64,000 nucleotides of DNA from Candidatus Latescibacterota bacterium (GCA_965116875.1 OZ220733.1:256001-320000), one strand, 5' to 3'. Shown: positions 37,926 to 48,878, counted from the stretch's first letter. Numbers and translations: made by a program. Notes: generated by a model from the sequence alone, not told the origin.

Positions 37926-40895
37926 CTACCAACGGGCTTCGTACGTCCGTACCACGCGAAACTGGCGGCCGGCTTCAAAATCGTAGAGGAATCCCTTCGA
38001 ATAGTCCAGTTCGTCCACCATTCCCCGCACGAAATCCACGTTGCCCACGTCGATCAGCGTTCGGTCACCCTCCCGGCGGACCTCGCGAATCCGGTAGGTC
38101 GCATCGCGTTCGTTATCGTTCTCGATGGAAATAAACTCACCCTCGAGCGGGTCCTCAGGCGGGATTACGGACGTCCAGATCCGGCCCGGCTCGCAAGCTT
38201 CAACCCTGCCCCGCCATACGCCCGACGCCTTCCGGATACACCGTTCACGGGTGCCGAGTACCGTGCCTCCCGTCAGCACGGCCCAATGCGCGGACCCGTT
38301 CACTTCCGAATACACGCCCAGACTCCCGTCGAACATGATCCGTCCATCCACCTCCAAGATTGAATCTCCGTCGCCGAAAACCAACGTATCGACCCGGTCT
38401 CCCGGCAGATGCACTTTCAGCGCCCTGGCGGCGCCGGATACCTCAACTTCCTCCGCGGCGCTGACCACGGGAACGCCGTCGTAGGCTTCGATCAGACTCA
38501 GGAACGAGGAATCAAGGCTGTCGTTCCCCTCGTGCGAGGCGACCGCGTAGGTCAATCTCCTCGGGTTTCCAGGCTTGTTCTGCGGCGGGTCCCCGTGGCA
38601 CAGCGCCACCTCACCCGGCGGGCTGAACAGACGCCACCGCAGGTGTACGGCGGTCATCAGCGGTACGCCTTCAGCGCGGGACTCCGCTCTGACCTTCCAG
38701 GTGTCCCTCACCCTCCAGTCCACGGATACGACGCCTTCAGGCGAAGGACACCGTCTGACGTCGTACAGATATTGGAAGCCGCTTCCCATGTAACCGTCCA
38801 AATCCACAACGGAACCATCGTAGAACTCGCCGAAGCCGACGTCCTCGCCAGCGTAGGTGCCTCGAGCCTGTGGCTGCAAGACCATCCCCCCGGTCGTCAC
38901 GTCTCCTTCCGCCGCGTGGAACATGAAATGGTGTGAACTCCCGCCGGATACGCGGAACAGATCGACGACGTAGAAGTCCCTCTCCGATACCCGGACAAGG
39001 ACGCTGCACCGGCCGAAGGCGCGGCACTGCGGATAGACATCGGGGGACGACACGGAAACCGCCTTCACGTTCTCCGCGAATCCCGCGAAACCGACCTTGC
39101 CTGAATAGGTGCGCTTCTGGGGACTTCGATCCACCAGGACCGTATTGTGCGAAACCGTATGGTTCGTCCAGCCCGACCGCTTGGGCCACACCCGGGCGTG
39201 CTCGGGATATCCCAGGTCGGGCAACAGGTCCAGTCCGAAGCCGTAGAGTCCCAGATTGAGGCGATCCGCGTGTCCGTGGCCCCCATTGCGACCGTAATAC
39301 AACCACATCGTCCTTTCGAATCCACCCTCTCCGTCACGCAGCATCGCCAGACCGTATCCCGTCATCACATCGGATGCCAGCCGCAGCGGACCACACCTGC
39401 GGACCGTTTCCGCCACCCGGACCCGTATCGCCTCCGGGTCCGGATCCGTAATGGCGCCGTGTACTCCAGACAGATCACCGCCTGCCAGATGATCCGCGGC
39501 CTGCGCCAGTTCGTCGTCTCCGAACATTTCGAACCCGTACAGGCATTGCTCCAGATCCTGTCCGCCGAGCCCGGGACTTCCGGTGCTCCCGCTGTCTCCA
39601 ATGGAAGGCACATAACGATTCAGCGCCGTCACGCGCATGAACGCCAGGTACATCTGGCGGTATCCGGGAAAGTCGCGGATCAGGTAACGGGTATATGACG
39701 GTCGCGACCCGAGGATTATCTCGAGCGACCGCATTCCAAGGGGCCACCTCAGCCAACCCAGGCTGTATCCCGGAGCACCCTCCGATCCCACGCCGTCCCG
39801 ATCGATCTCGCGAGCGAAGAGCAGGGGAATGTGTCCCCCGGTCGGCCGGCGGCCGATGAGGAAACCCTCTCTGAAAATCCAATCCAGCCGGTCATCCGTC
39901 TGTTCGTCGTCGAGCGCGATCGCCAGCATGGCCATGGTGGCCTGGTCCCCCGGCTCGTTATGGTGGATATCCCCCTCAAGGATGGCGTCGATTCCTTCCC
40001 TCAGGATGTTGCGCTCGATATGCCGGCTCAACGCGTCCGCGTCGCCCTGCTCGACCAGGCCGTGCCGCAGCTGTTTTGCACGGAGAAACCGGAAGAGGTC
40101 GCCTTCGTCGTCCCAGGCCGCACGGACCAGATCGAAGCACTCGGTAAACGCCTTCAGCAGGCCGGGCTCCCAGATCCGGCCGTAGATCCGGCCCCTGCCG
40201 CTGAGTCCGTCGGAGTTGAAAAACCCCTGCCGCGCCCAGAACGACCAGTCCATATCGGGATAGACGTCCGCGATGCGGGCGAGCAGCACCCCCGCCTTGT
40301 GGGCGTAGACGCGGTCTCCCGTCAGCAGAAACGCTTCGCGGAACGCGGCGCACGCGGAGCTGATCTCCGACCAGATTCCATAGTGACCGTAGACCCCGAC
40401 CAGCTTGAACGATTCTCCCTCCTCATCGGTCCACCCCGTCCCGTCGTCTACGGCGAACATGTGCTCCGGATCGTCCGGATCGGGTCGTTCGGTATTGTAG
40501 AGCAACGATCGATCCGCCCGATCGGGGTCGAATACACCGTCTTCGGCGATCCCGCTCCGGTAATAGGCCTCGAAGTCATTGGTCGGAAATCGTCCGTTGC
40601 ACGAAGGACATCTGATCTTCCACGGGTCCGCCAGCACGTCAACGTCGAAGCGTCCGCCGTGCCTGTAGATTCCCTGGCCGCATTTCGGGCATCCCCCTTC
40701 AATGCTCGCATTGGTGCTGCGTCCGATCGTCTGGCCCGTGACCAGCGCCCAGAGCGCATCGTCGTCCAGGCGTACCCACCGCTTCGCCCTGTCGACGGCC
40801 GCATCCCGCCGGGCGGCCGCCCAATCGAACCGCGTCGCGTTCAACCGTGCGTATCTCACCTGCTCCGGCGTCAACAGCTGTGCGCCTTTACCCAA
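37926..40895 (-). CDS. Heparinase II/III-like lyase with Cys-rich insert
   Basis: DGVGSEGAPGY, GHGHADRLNL..LLPDLGYP and SHNTVLVD; CPKC...CPSC near the N-terminus. Confidence 0.8.
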   Translation of the reverse strand: MGKGAQLLTPEQVRYARLNATRFDWAAARRDAAVDRAKRWVRLDDDALWALVTGQTIGRSTNASIEGGCPKCGQGIYRHGGRFDVDVLADPWKIRCPSCNGRFPTNDFEAYYRSGIAEDGVFDPDRADRSLLYNTERPDPDDPEHMFAVDDGTGWTDEEGESFKLVGVYGHYGIWSEISSACAAFREAFLLTGDRVYAHKAGVLLARIADVYPDMDWSFWARQGFFNSDGLSGRGRIYGRIWEPGLLKAFTECFDLVRAAWDDEGDLFRFLRAKQLRHGLVEQGDADALSRHIERNILREGIDAILEGDIHHNEPGDQATMAMLAIALDDEQTDDRLDWIFREGFLIGRRPTGGHIPLLFAREIDRDGVGSEGAPGYSLGWLRWPLGMRSLEIILGSRPSYTRYLIRDFPGYRQMYLAFMRVTALNRYVPSIGDSGSTGSPGLGGQDLEQCLYGFEMFGDDELAQAADHLAGGDLSGVHGAITDPDPEAIRVRVAETVRRCGPLRLASDVMTGYGLAMLRDGEGGFERTMWLYYGRNGGHGHADRLNLGLYGFGLDLLPDLGYPEHARVWPKRSGWTNHTVSHNTVLVDRSPQKRTYSGKVGFAGFAENVKAVSVSSPDVYPQCRAFGRCSVLVRVSERDFYVVDLFRVSGGSSHHFMFHAAEGDVTTGGMVLQPQARGTYAGEDVGFGEFYDGSVVDLDGYMGSGFQYLYDVRRCPSPEGVVSVDWRVRDTWKVRAESRAEGVPLMTAVHLRWRLFSPPGEVALCHGDPPQNKPGNPRRLTYAVASHEGNDSLDSSFLSLIEAYDGVPVVSAAEEVEVSGAARALKVHLPGDRVDTLVFGDGDSILEVDGRIMFDGSLGVYSEVNGSAHWAVLTGGTVLGTRERCIRKASGVWRGRVEACEPGRIWTSVIPPEDPLEGEFISIENDNERDATYRIREVRREGDRTLIDVGNVDFVRGMVDELDYSKGFLYDFEAGRQFRVVRTYEARW

Positions 40896-41093
40896 AAGAG
40901 CCTCCCTGACAGACCGTCGGATACCCTGGCGACGTACGGAATGAGATCAAGATACGCGCGCCCCGCACGATGATCAACGGTTTTGTTTCCGCGCGTCTTG
41001 ACAGCCCGTAGCCCTGCCGATATGGGTTGACTTGGGGTGCCGTCCCGCCTATCATATCGCCCATGGATCGCTCAGTCCACGGAGGAGTCAAAC

Positions 41094-42497
41094 GTGCCGC
41101 ATGAGAGCATCTTTTCGTTCCGCACCCACGGCGGCGTCTGTGCCGGCGAGACATGGATCTACGATCGCGACGAGCCCATCGCGCGCCTCGAAGACAAGCG
41201 GATCGAACAGCCCGAACAGAACCTGCGTTATTTCAACGGCAACGCCAAGCCGGTCAACCTGCGTGACCTGAAACTGGCCCCGGGCGGCCGCCCGCTTGTG
41301 TGCGGCGTGCAGATGTACTGGGTGTTCCAACACCGCGTGCTGGCCACCACGGATCTGATCGACATTCAGGTCGCGGGCCAGGATACCGACTGCCTTGTAC
41401 TCACGGTGGTCACGGCGGACCCGGGTGGCGTAGCCACCTCGCGTCGCGTGCTCACGCTTACGTACGACGACGTTTCCAGGTCGTATATTTACGACTTCAG
41501 GGCCCACCTGGATATTCACAGCCCGGAAGCGCTGGACCGGGAAGAGACCGTGTCCTTCGAGTATTGCGATCCATGGTACAACGACGTCCCCGGACCCACC
41601 GTTGAATTCCCGGGGATGTGGCAAAAAAGATATTCGCATCTCCTGGCCGAAACCGGAGACGGCGCCGTCTGGCAGATGCCGCTGAATCACATGGCGACCG
41701 GCATCCCGGGCCCGCGGCCGCTGAAACGGGACGGCCTGTTCGTTCTGGCATACGACGAAGGAAACAACCCCGCCTTTGAATTTGTCGGCGACACTGCCGA
41801 TCGCACGACGCTGGGCGTGTGCAACTGGGGATACGACGTCCATTTCGCGGGTCACTACACGCGCGACGAACTCTACGCGCCGCTGTGCCCGCACTTTCGC
41901 ATCCGACTCTGTCCGGACGCAAGGGCGGCGCAGATGATGGCTCGCGCGGAGGCCGTTCCGCAGGTTACGTACAACGGTTTCGATATGCTCCCCGTTTACG
42001 AACGCAGGACCGGTTTTTCCAACGGTCTGAAGCTCAACAGACCCACCCCGTGCAACACCGATCCCTGGCCCTGGCTGCCGGAGGGGGAGGGGGCGGAATG
42101 GTGTCAGGATCACGGGCGCTCCGACTCATTCTCGCTCAAGATCGCCAAACCGACGGACGGCCCAACCGAATGGGTCATGGATCGTGAAAGCGATGGCGCC
42201 TGGACCGAACGCTGGACCCGGTCGACCGGCTTTCGCGTGACCGTATACGTCAAGACCGAAAACGTCCGGGGACGCGGCGCCTTCCTGGCCGTGCGCTGGG
42301 GCGTCTTTAACGAACCCGAAAAATATCCCTATATCTGTTCCAGAAAACTCGCGGGCACCAACGACTGGACACGGGTCAGCGTGGAGATCCACGGTCCGTC
42401 GCCGCCGGACAGCGGGGCCGTCTACCTCATCCTGCGCCAGGATGGCAGCGGCACAAGCTGGTTCGATGACCTGGAAGTCGAGCGCATCGGCGCCTGA
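41094..42497 (+). CDS. Hypothetical protein with C-terminal carbohydrate-binding-like (jelly-roll) domain
   Basis: RBS GGAGGAG before GTG, and C-terminal GTNDWTRV...GTSWFDDL. Confidence 0.65.
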   Translation: MPHESIFSFRTHGGVCAGETWIYDRDEPIARLEDKRIEQPEQNLRYFNGNAKPVNLRDLKLAPGGRPLVCGVQMYWVFQHRVLATTDLIDIQVAGQDTDCLVLTVVTADPGGVATSRRVLTLTYDDVSRSYIYDFRAHLDIHSPEALDREETVSFEYCDPWYNDVPGPTVEFPGMWQKRYSHLLAETGDGAVWQMPLNHMATGIPGPRPLKRDGLFVLAYDEGNNPAFEFVGDTADRTTLGVCNWGYDVHFAGHYTRDELYAPLCPHFRIRLCPDARAAQMMARAEAVPQVTYNGFDMLPVYERRTGFSNGLKLNRPTPCNTDPWPWLPEGEGAEWCQDHGRSDSFSLKIAKPTDGPTEWVMDRESDGAWTERWTRSTGFRVTVYVKTENVRGRGAFLAVRWGVFNEPEKYPYICSRKLAGTNDWTRVSVEIHGPSPPDSGAVYLILRQDGSGTSWFDDLEVERIGA

Positions 42498-42525
42498 GAC
42501 GTGGTACGCCAAACCGGGACAAGGT

Positions 42526-43443
42526 GTGGACAGAGCTCTCACGACGACGCCGGTGGGATTCATCGGCCTGGGGGAAATGGGCAGCGGAATGGCCCGCAAT
42601 CTGTTGAGGGCGGGATATCCTCTGTTCGCATACGACACGAACGGAGATGCATTGGACCGGATCGCCGGTTGCGGCGCGCGGAAGGCCGAGAGCGTAGCCG
42701 CGGTGGCCGGTATCTGCGAACGGATCATACTGATGCTGCCGGATACCCGTGTGGTCGAGGCCGTGCTTTTTGGGGGCGAAGGCCTTGCGCCTCGACTGGA
42801 GGCCGGGCACGTCATCATCGATTGCGGCACGACACATCCCGATTTTACACGCGAGGCGTCACGACGTCTCGCTGATCTCGGCGTACACTTCCTGGATGCG
42901 CCCGTTTCCGGGATGAGCAGCCGCGCGGCCGATGGAACCCTGACCCTGATGGTGGGCGGCGACAGGGACGCCTTTTGCGTTGTCGAGCCGCTTCTGAACG
43001 CCATGGGTTCATCCATTTGCTACATGGGCGGGTCCGGTAACGGACAGCTTGCCAAGATCGTCAACAATACACTCTTCAATATCTCCTGCGCCGCGCTGGC
43101 CGAGATGCTCCCACTCGCGGTCAGACTTGGCCTGGACGCGAAAAAAACGTGCGAAGCCGTGATGACCGGCAGCGGACAGAGTTACGGCTTCGACACGTTC
43201 GCGCCTCTGGTCCTCGAACGGAATTTCGGGCCCGGATATCCAATGGCGAACGCACGCAAGGATATCGACGCCATCACCGGGATACTGGAAGAAGAGGGCG
43301 TGGACCTGCCCGTGGTCTCCGCCGCCGCCGATACGTTTCGTGCGGCACTGGACCAGGGCATGGGGAACCTGAACAAAGGTGCGATGACGCGGGTCTGGGA
43401 GGCGGTCCTGGGAGTCGAAGTAAAACAGACGCCACACGGCTGA
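42526..43443 (+). CDS. 3-hydroxyisobutyrate dehydrogenase/tartronate semialdehyde reductase family
   Basis: GFIGLGEMGSGMA, FLDAPVSG and AKIVNN motifs. Confidence 0.9.
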   Translation: MDRALTTTPVGFIGLGEMGSGMARNLLRAGYPLFAYDTNGDALDRIAGCGARKAESVAAVAGICERIILMLPDTRVVEAVLFGGEGLAPRLEAGHVIIDCGTTHPDFTREASRRLADLGVHFLDAPVSGMSSRAADGTLTLMVGGDRDAFCVVEPLLNAMGSSICYMGGSGNGQLAKIVNNTLFNISCAALAEMLPLAVRLGLDAKKTCEAVMTGSGQSYGFDTFAPLVLERNFGPGYPMANARKDIDAITGILEEEGVDLPVVSAAADTFRAALDQGMGNLNKGAMTRVWEAVLGVEVKQTPHG

Positions 43444-43489
43444 TCCCCTGCCGGCGCCATCGGCCGACTGCGATGCGTGCATGGATCCA

Positions 43490-44758
43490 ATGACGAACAA
43501 CACCGATACCCTCATTATCGGCGGCGGCTCCATCGGCGTCTGCTGCGCCCACTATCTGTCGAAAGCGGGGAGGGACGTTGTCCTCGTTGACAAAGACGAC
43601 GTCTGCGCGGGCAGTTCGTACGGCAACCAGGGCCTGATCGTTCCCAGCCACAGCATTCCCCTTGCCGCTCCCGGCGTAATCGGCAAAGCTTTCAAATGGA
43701 TGTTCGATCCTGGAAGCCCGTTTTACATCAAGCCCCGTATGGATCTGGAACTCGCGAGGTGGCTGCTGGAATTTCAGGCGGCCTGTACCCGGGCGCGCAT
43801 GCAACGTTCCCTCCTGGCCCTGAGGGATCTCAGTCTCGCCAGCGTAGCGCTCTTCGAGGAAATCGCCGCCATCGACGGCCTGGATATCGGGTTTGAGAAA
43901 AAAGGCAGCCTGATGATTTACGGGACCGAAAAGGGGCTCGAGGGCGGAATCGAGGAGGCCGGCATCCTGTCTGAGAAGGGAATCCGGACCGAGATATTGA
44001 ATCCTGGCGACCTCAAAAAGCTGGATCCCGCTGCCCGCTACAACGCCGCGGGCGCCGTCTACTATCCGCAGGACGCCCACCTTGTTCCCGCGAAATTCGT
44101 GAGAGAACTCGCCCGTCACGTTGCCGGAAACGCCAAACACGTCAAGATACGTCCTTCGACGGAAGTGATCGGCTTCCGCCGGCGGGACAGCCGGGTCCGC
44201 ACGGTCGTTACCACGCGGGGAGAATTCAACGCGAACGAGGTCGTCCTCGCGGGGGGCGCCTGGTCGCCGGTCATCGCCGCGGAACTCGGCATGAAACTGC
44301 CCATACAGCCGGCCAAAGGCTACAGCGTCACCTTCGAACGCCCGGACCGCTGCCCTTCGGTTCCGGCCTCGCTCTCGGAGGCCAAGGTGGCCGTCACACC
44401 CATGGGCGATATGCTCCGCTTCGGCGGTACGCTGGAACTGGCGGGACTGGACCTTTCCATCAACAAACGAAGGGTGGCGGCCATTCTCAACGCAGTCCCG
44501 CGCTATCTGCCCGACCTGAATCCGAAGCGGCTGAGACACATCGAGACCTGGCGGGGCCTGCGGCCATGCACCCCGGACGGCCTTCCATTCCTGGGCCGCA
44601 GCCCGACTCTCGAAAACCTTACCGTCGCCGCCGGACACGCAATGATCGGGATCTCGCTCGGACCCGTTACCGGCAAGCTTGTCTCGCAGGTGGTCACACG
44701 TCAGACGCCTTCCATCGACATCGAACCCCTGCGCGTGGACAGGTTCGAAAAACCCTGA
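43490..44758 (+). CDS. FAD-dependent D-amino acid dehydrogenase (DadA-like)
   Basis: IIGGGSIG, SSYGNQG, PAKGYS, GLRPCTPDG and AGH motifs. Confidence 0.9.
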   Translation: MTNNTDTLIIGGGSIGVCCAHYLSKAGRDVVLVDKDDVCAGSSYGNQGLIVPSHSIPLAAPGVIGKAFKWMFDPGSPFYIKPRMDLELARWLLEFQAACTRARMQRSLLALRDLSLASVALFEEIAAIDGLDIGFEKKGSLMIYGTEKGLEGGIEEAGILSEKGIRTEILNPGDLKKLDPAARYNAAGAVYYPQDAHLVPAKFVRELARHVAGNAKHVKIRPSTEVIGFRRRDSRVRTVVTTRGEFNANEVVLAGGAWSPVIAAELGMKLPIQPAKGYSVTFERPDRCPSVPASLSEAKVAVTPMGDMLRFGGTLELAGLDLSINKRRVAAILNAVPRYLPDLNPKRLRHIETWRGLRPCTPDGLPFLGRSPTLENLTVAAGHAMIGISLGPVTGKLVSQVVTRQTPSIDIEPLRVDRFEKP

Positions 44759-44760
44759 GA

Positions 44761-44965
44761 ACTACGAATTTACGATACTACGAAAGAGCGGAACTGCGAG
44801 AGTGCGAAACTACGAGAGTACGAAAGAGCGAATTTGCGAGAATACGAAACTACGAAAGTGCGAAACTGCGAGAGTACGAAGCTAAGATTGCACGATAGAG
44901 CGTGAATACATCATTCGTCTTCCGGTTTTCTCGTATCTTCGTATTCTCGTATCCTCGTTTTACGA
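44761..44965. repeat. Imperfect 8-bp tandem repeat tract with an inverted block
   Basis: About 18 units such as ACTACGAA/AGTGCGAA/ACTGCGAG (44761-44904), then about 4 reverse-complement units TTCTCGTA/TCTTCGTA. Confidence 0.85.
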
Positions 44966-44975
44966 AAGGACGCTT

Positions 44976-46454
44976 ATGCCTGAGTTCATCCGGTCCGACA
45001 AGCCCAATGTATTGATGATCTGCACGGATCACTGGAGTGGACTGCTCACCGGCGATGCGGGCCATCCCGTGGTCACCACGCCGACGATCGACCACCTCGC
45101 CCGGTGCGGCGTCAGTTACACCAATGCCTATTCGGCCTGTCCCTCCTGCATACCCGCCCGGCGCTCCCTGTTCACCGGCATGAGTCCGAAGGCGAACGGG
45201 ATGCGCTCATTTGTCGATGGCGTTGACTTCCCCGAAGTTCCCACCCTCGCCCAGTGCTTTCGTGACGCTGGTTATCAGGCGTATGCCGTGGGGAAACTGC
45301 ATGTCTACCCGCAACGCCACCGGATCGGCTTCGATGACGTCCTCGTGGAGGAGCAGGGGCGTCACGTTCACCACGACATCCCGGACGGAATGGCTGACGA
45401 CTATGAGCTCTTTCTGGCCGAGCAGGGCTACGGCGGGCAGGAATACGCCAGCGGCATGACGCAGAACGATTACATCGCCCGAGCATGGCACCTGCCCGAG
45501 TACTGCCATCCGATCAACTGGGCTGCGCGGGAGATGTGCAAAACCATTCGTCGACGGGACCCTCGCAAGCCCGGCTTCTGGTACCTCTCCTTTTCCGCGC
45601 CGCACCCGCCCAACACGCCGCTGCAGACATATATGGAACTCTACCGGGATGCGCCCCTCGACGAACCGGCCGAGGGCAACTGGTCGGCGAACTTCGATGA
45701 CCTGCCCTACCACATAAAGACGCTGAGCAACCCGGACAACCTCGCAATGGCGCGCGCAAAAGGCCACGAATGGGAATTCTCCAGGCGCGCCTATTACGCA
45801 ACGCTCACCCACATCGACCATCAGATCCGGACTGTCATCGGATACCTGCGGGAATGCGGGCTCCTGGACAACACCATCGTGGTCTTCACGAGCGACCACG
45901 GCCACATGGTCGGCGAACACGGACTCTGGTGCATGACGCCGTTTTACGAAATGTCCGCCAGGATTCCCCTGGTCGTCATGCCGGTAAAAGGCGACGAACG
46001 TCTTCCAGCCGGAACCCGGGACGACCGCCTGGCCGAATTCGCTGACATCATGCCCACCTTGCTGGACCTGACGGGCGTACCGATACCCGATCAGGTCGAC
46101 CGCCTTAGCCTGGCCGGCGACCGCCGCCGGGACGAACTGTACGGCGAACACGGCGAAGGGTCTGCGGCGATGCGCATGGTACACGACGGACGATTCAAGC
46201 TCATCTACTATCCGGTTGGAAACCAGGCGCAGCTTTTCGACGTCGACAACGACCCGCGTGAAACACGGGACCTCGCCGGTGACAGCGGCTTTGCCGACAC
46301 GCTGAACCGCCTCAAGAGCCGTCTGGTGGAACACCTCTACGGCGAGGATCTCAACTGGCTGAAAGACGGCGAACTCGTCGGTCTACCGGCCAGGCAATAC
46401 GTACCGTCGGCCAAACGCGCGATGCGAGGCCAGCGCGGCCTTCGGTTTATGTGA
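44976..46454 (+). CDS. Formylglycine-dependent sulfatase
   Basis: PNVLMICTDH, SCIPARRSLFTG (CxPxR), GKLH and SDHG motifs. Confidence 0.93.
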   Translation: MPEFIRSDKPNVLMICTDHWSGLLTGDAGHPVVTTPTIDHLARCGVSYTNAYSACPSCIPARRSLFTGMSPKANGMRSFVDGVDFPEVPTLAQCFRDAGYQAYAVGKLHVYPQRHRIGFDDVLVEEQGRHVHHDIPDGMADDYELFLAEQGYGGQEYASGMTQNDYIARAWHLPEYCHPINWAAREMCKTIRRRDPRKPGFWYLSFSAPHPPNTPLQTYMELYRDAPLDEPAEGNWSANFDDLPYHIKTLSNPDNLAMARAKGHEWEFSRRAYYATLTHIDHQIRTVIGYLRECGLLDNTIVVFTSDHGHMVGEHGLWCMTPFYEMSARIPLVVMPVKGDERLPAGTRDDRLAEFADIMPTLLDLTGVPIPDQVDRLSLAGDRRRDELYGEHGEGSAAMRMVHDGRFKLIYYPVGNQAQLFDVDNDPRETRDLAGDSGFADTLNRLKSRLVEHLYGEDLNWLKDGELVGLPARQYVPSAKRAMRGQRGLRFM

Positions 46455-46509
46455 CCGACCACGCCCGGGCGGAATGCCCGCGTCGGCCCGCTGCAGGAAG
46501 GAGCGAATC

Positions 46510-48870
46510 ATGCCACCGTCCAAAACAGGATCGCCTGCCCGTGCGGTCACGGTCATGATCTACACCCGGTATGAATACCGCAAGGTGTACGCCCGTGTTC
46601 ACCTGCTCGGCGAAACCCATCTCGCCGATGGCGGCAAGGTGGAACTGGTCCTGTACAGCACACGCTCGGGGGATACGCGGGAAACCAGGGTCGTGGGCAA
46701 CATCGGACTCGAGGAAGTCGCCTTCGACACGGGGGACATCCCGTCGGGATGCTGTGACTTCCGCGCGACCTTTATCGACCGGTTCGGCGCCCGCTTCGCA
46801 ACGCGGACGCTTCAGGACAGGTGGCCCGGCGACTTTCCCTGGCTCGGGTCCCGCGCCGGAATCTCGCGCCGGGTACCCGATCCATGGACGCCGCTCAACG
46901 TTACGGAATCCGATAACGGCCTTGAGATTGCCTGTTGGGGAAGAACGTACACCTTTTCAACGACCGCATTCGCCACCCGGGCGACTTCATCCGGCAGCCA
47001 ACTCCTCGCCGGCCCACTGAGGCCGGTTGCCCGCGTAAACGGCAAGAAGGCACGCTGGACGGACGGCCATCTGGAACTGATCTCGGCGGAAAGAGAACAG
47101 GTGGTTTTCCATGTCCGTTTCGAGTCTCCAGCCGGCCTGTCCGTAACGGCCAGGGCCGAAATCGACTTCGACGGAATGGCGCGAATCGACTGGTCCGTCA
47201 CCGCCGACAGGATCCTGCGCCTCGACGCGCTCTGGCTTGAACTGCCCGTTCGCGGCAAACACTCCGGATACCTGTACCACTTTCCCGGAAGCTGGGGCGG
47301 AGTCCGAAACGTCGGCGCGCTGTCGCAGAACCGTCTCAAGATGGGGTTTCGCCCGTACGTCTGGCTGGGGGACGAGGAACGCGGTATCGCATTGTTTTCG
47401 GAATCGGACGCGGGCTTCCACAACCGTAACCCGCGGAAGGTCACAGAAATCGTCCGTCGAAAGAACCGGGTGCGGCTGCGTATCCACTGCGTCTCGACCC
47501 CGATCAAACTCCTTCCGGGCAGCAGGGAGGGCGGGCAATTCACGGGTTTCGGAACCGAGGACGCCAAACCGTTGAGGCCCGGCGGCGTCGTTACCGATGA
47601 ACTGCGATACACGTTCGGATTTCAGGCCACGCCGGTCAAGCCCGTCGTGGAGGACGCCTGGGACCAGCGCGTATTCTGCATCGGCCAATCCACCACCGGC
47701 TTCAGTCCACGATTGAACGTGTCCGACGATCTCCTTGACAGGTGCGTGGACTCCGGTGTCCGCGCCGTTGTCCTCTTCGAACACTGGGCGGACGCGGAAG
47801 CGTACACCCGCACGCCCCACGCCGACGAAGTCCGGAAGATCGTCAGGGCCTGCAAGGACCGCGGACTTCAGATCCTGCTCTATTTCGGCTTTCTCATCTC
47901 GGACGTCATCGACGAGTGGCAGGCCATCGGCAAAGACGCGCTCATTCTGCCCAAGGGCGGGTATCCCGTCTTCCACTACCAGCCACAGCCCGAACAGTCC
48001 GCCTGGCGGGTTTGTCTGAACAGTCCGTGGCAGGACCTGCTCACCGACGGCATCGCACGGGTTATGGATGAATTCGACGTCGACGGGGTCTACCTGGACG
48101 GGACGGAATATCCATTCGGCTGCTGCAACACGGAACACGGTTGCGGACATACAAGGTCCGACGGCAGCATCGCCCAGACCTTTCCCATTTTCAGCGCGCG
48201 CTCGGCGATGCGCCGCATCTACGAAATCGTAAAATCCCGCAGGAACAACGGCCACGTCAACGTGCATAACTCCACGTGCATGACCATGCCCACCCTGGGA
48301 TGGGCGACCGGGTACTGGGACGGAGAGCAATTCCAGGGGGTCGGCAGCGGCGTGGACGTTTCCCGGCTGTTGCCACTGGACGCCTTCCGCGCCGAATTCA
48401 TGGGCAGGCAGTGGGGGGTTCCCGCCGAATTCCTCCACGCGGGCGCCGCCTACACCTACGAACAGGCGTGGGCGTTTACGCTCCTGCACGACGTTCCCGT
48501 CCGACCGCACAATGCGGACGATGATCTGGACCTTGCCGCCAGGGTATGGCGCGCGATGGACGCGTTCGACCGCAGGAACGCCGAATGGTTACCCTATTGG
48601 CGAAACCGCCGATTTGTAAGCGTTTCTCCAAAGAACGCCTGCGCAAGCATCTATCGACACCCGGAAAACGGCGTTCTGGCCGTTGTTTCCAATATGAACG
48701 GCAAACGCAAGAACGTCACGGTAAAGTTAAACGTGAAGAAGCTTGGGCTCGGGACTGCCCCGAATGCGGAGGACATTCTCAAAAACAACGCCGTCCCGGT
48801 CAGGGACGGCGTATTGGAGTTTTCTCTTTCCAGTCTGGAGTGGAAACTCATCCACGTCCGCAATCGTTGA
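46510..48870 (+). CDS. Glycoside hydrolase-like protein (DUF6067-type)
   Basis: VPDPWTPL, EIDFDG, WLGDEERG and DGVYLDG motifs; RBS AAGGAG. Confidence 0.65.
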   Translation: MPPSKTGSPARAVTVMIYTRYEYRKVYARVHLLGETHLADGGKVELVLYSTRSGDTRETRVVGNIGLEEVAFDTGDIPSGCCDFRATFIDRFGARFATRTLQDRWPGDFPWLGSRAGISRRVPDPWTPLNVTESDNGLEIACWGRTYTFSTTAFATRATSSGSQLLAGPLRPVARVNGKKARWTDGHLELISAEREQVVFHVRFESPAGLSVTARAEIDFDGMARIDWSVTADRILRLDALWLELPVRGKHSGYLYHFPGSWGGVRNVGALSQNRLKMGFRPYVWLGDEERGIALFSESDAGFHNRNPRKVTEIVRRKNRVRLRIHCVSTPIKLLPGSREGGQFTGFGTEDAKPLRPGGVVTDELRYTFGFQATPVKPVVEDAWDQRVFCIGQSTTGFSPRLNVSDDLLDRCVDSGVRAVVLFEHWADAEAYTRTPHADEVRKIVRACKDRGLQILLYFGFLISDVIDEWQAIGKDALILPKGGYPVFHYQPQPEQSAWRVCLNSPWQDLLTDGIARVMDEFDVDGVYLDGTEYPFGCCNTEHGCGHTRSDGSIAQTFPIFSARSAMRRIYEIVKSRRNNGHVNVHNSTCMTMPTLGWATGYWDGEQFQGVGSGVDVSRLLPLDAFRAEFMGRQWGVPAEFLHAGAAYTYEQAWAFTLLHDVPVRPHNADDDLDLAARVWRAMDAFDRRNAEWLPYWRNRRFVSVSPKNACASIYRHPENGVLAVVSNMNGKRKNVTVKLNVKKLGLGTAPNAEDILKNNAVPVRDGVLEFSLSSLEWKLIHVRNR

Positions 48871-48878
48871 ACGACTTC

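Noticed and set aside
44761-44904. Possible CRISPR array or coding ORF
   Set aside because: Contiguous 8-mers without unique spacers and no cas genes; the ORFs are repeat artefacts.
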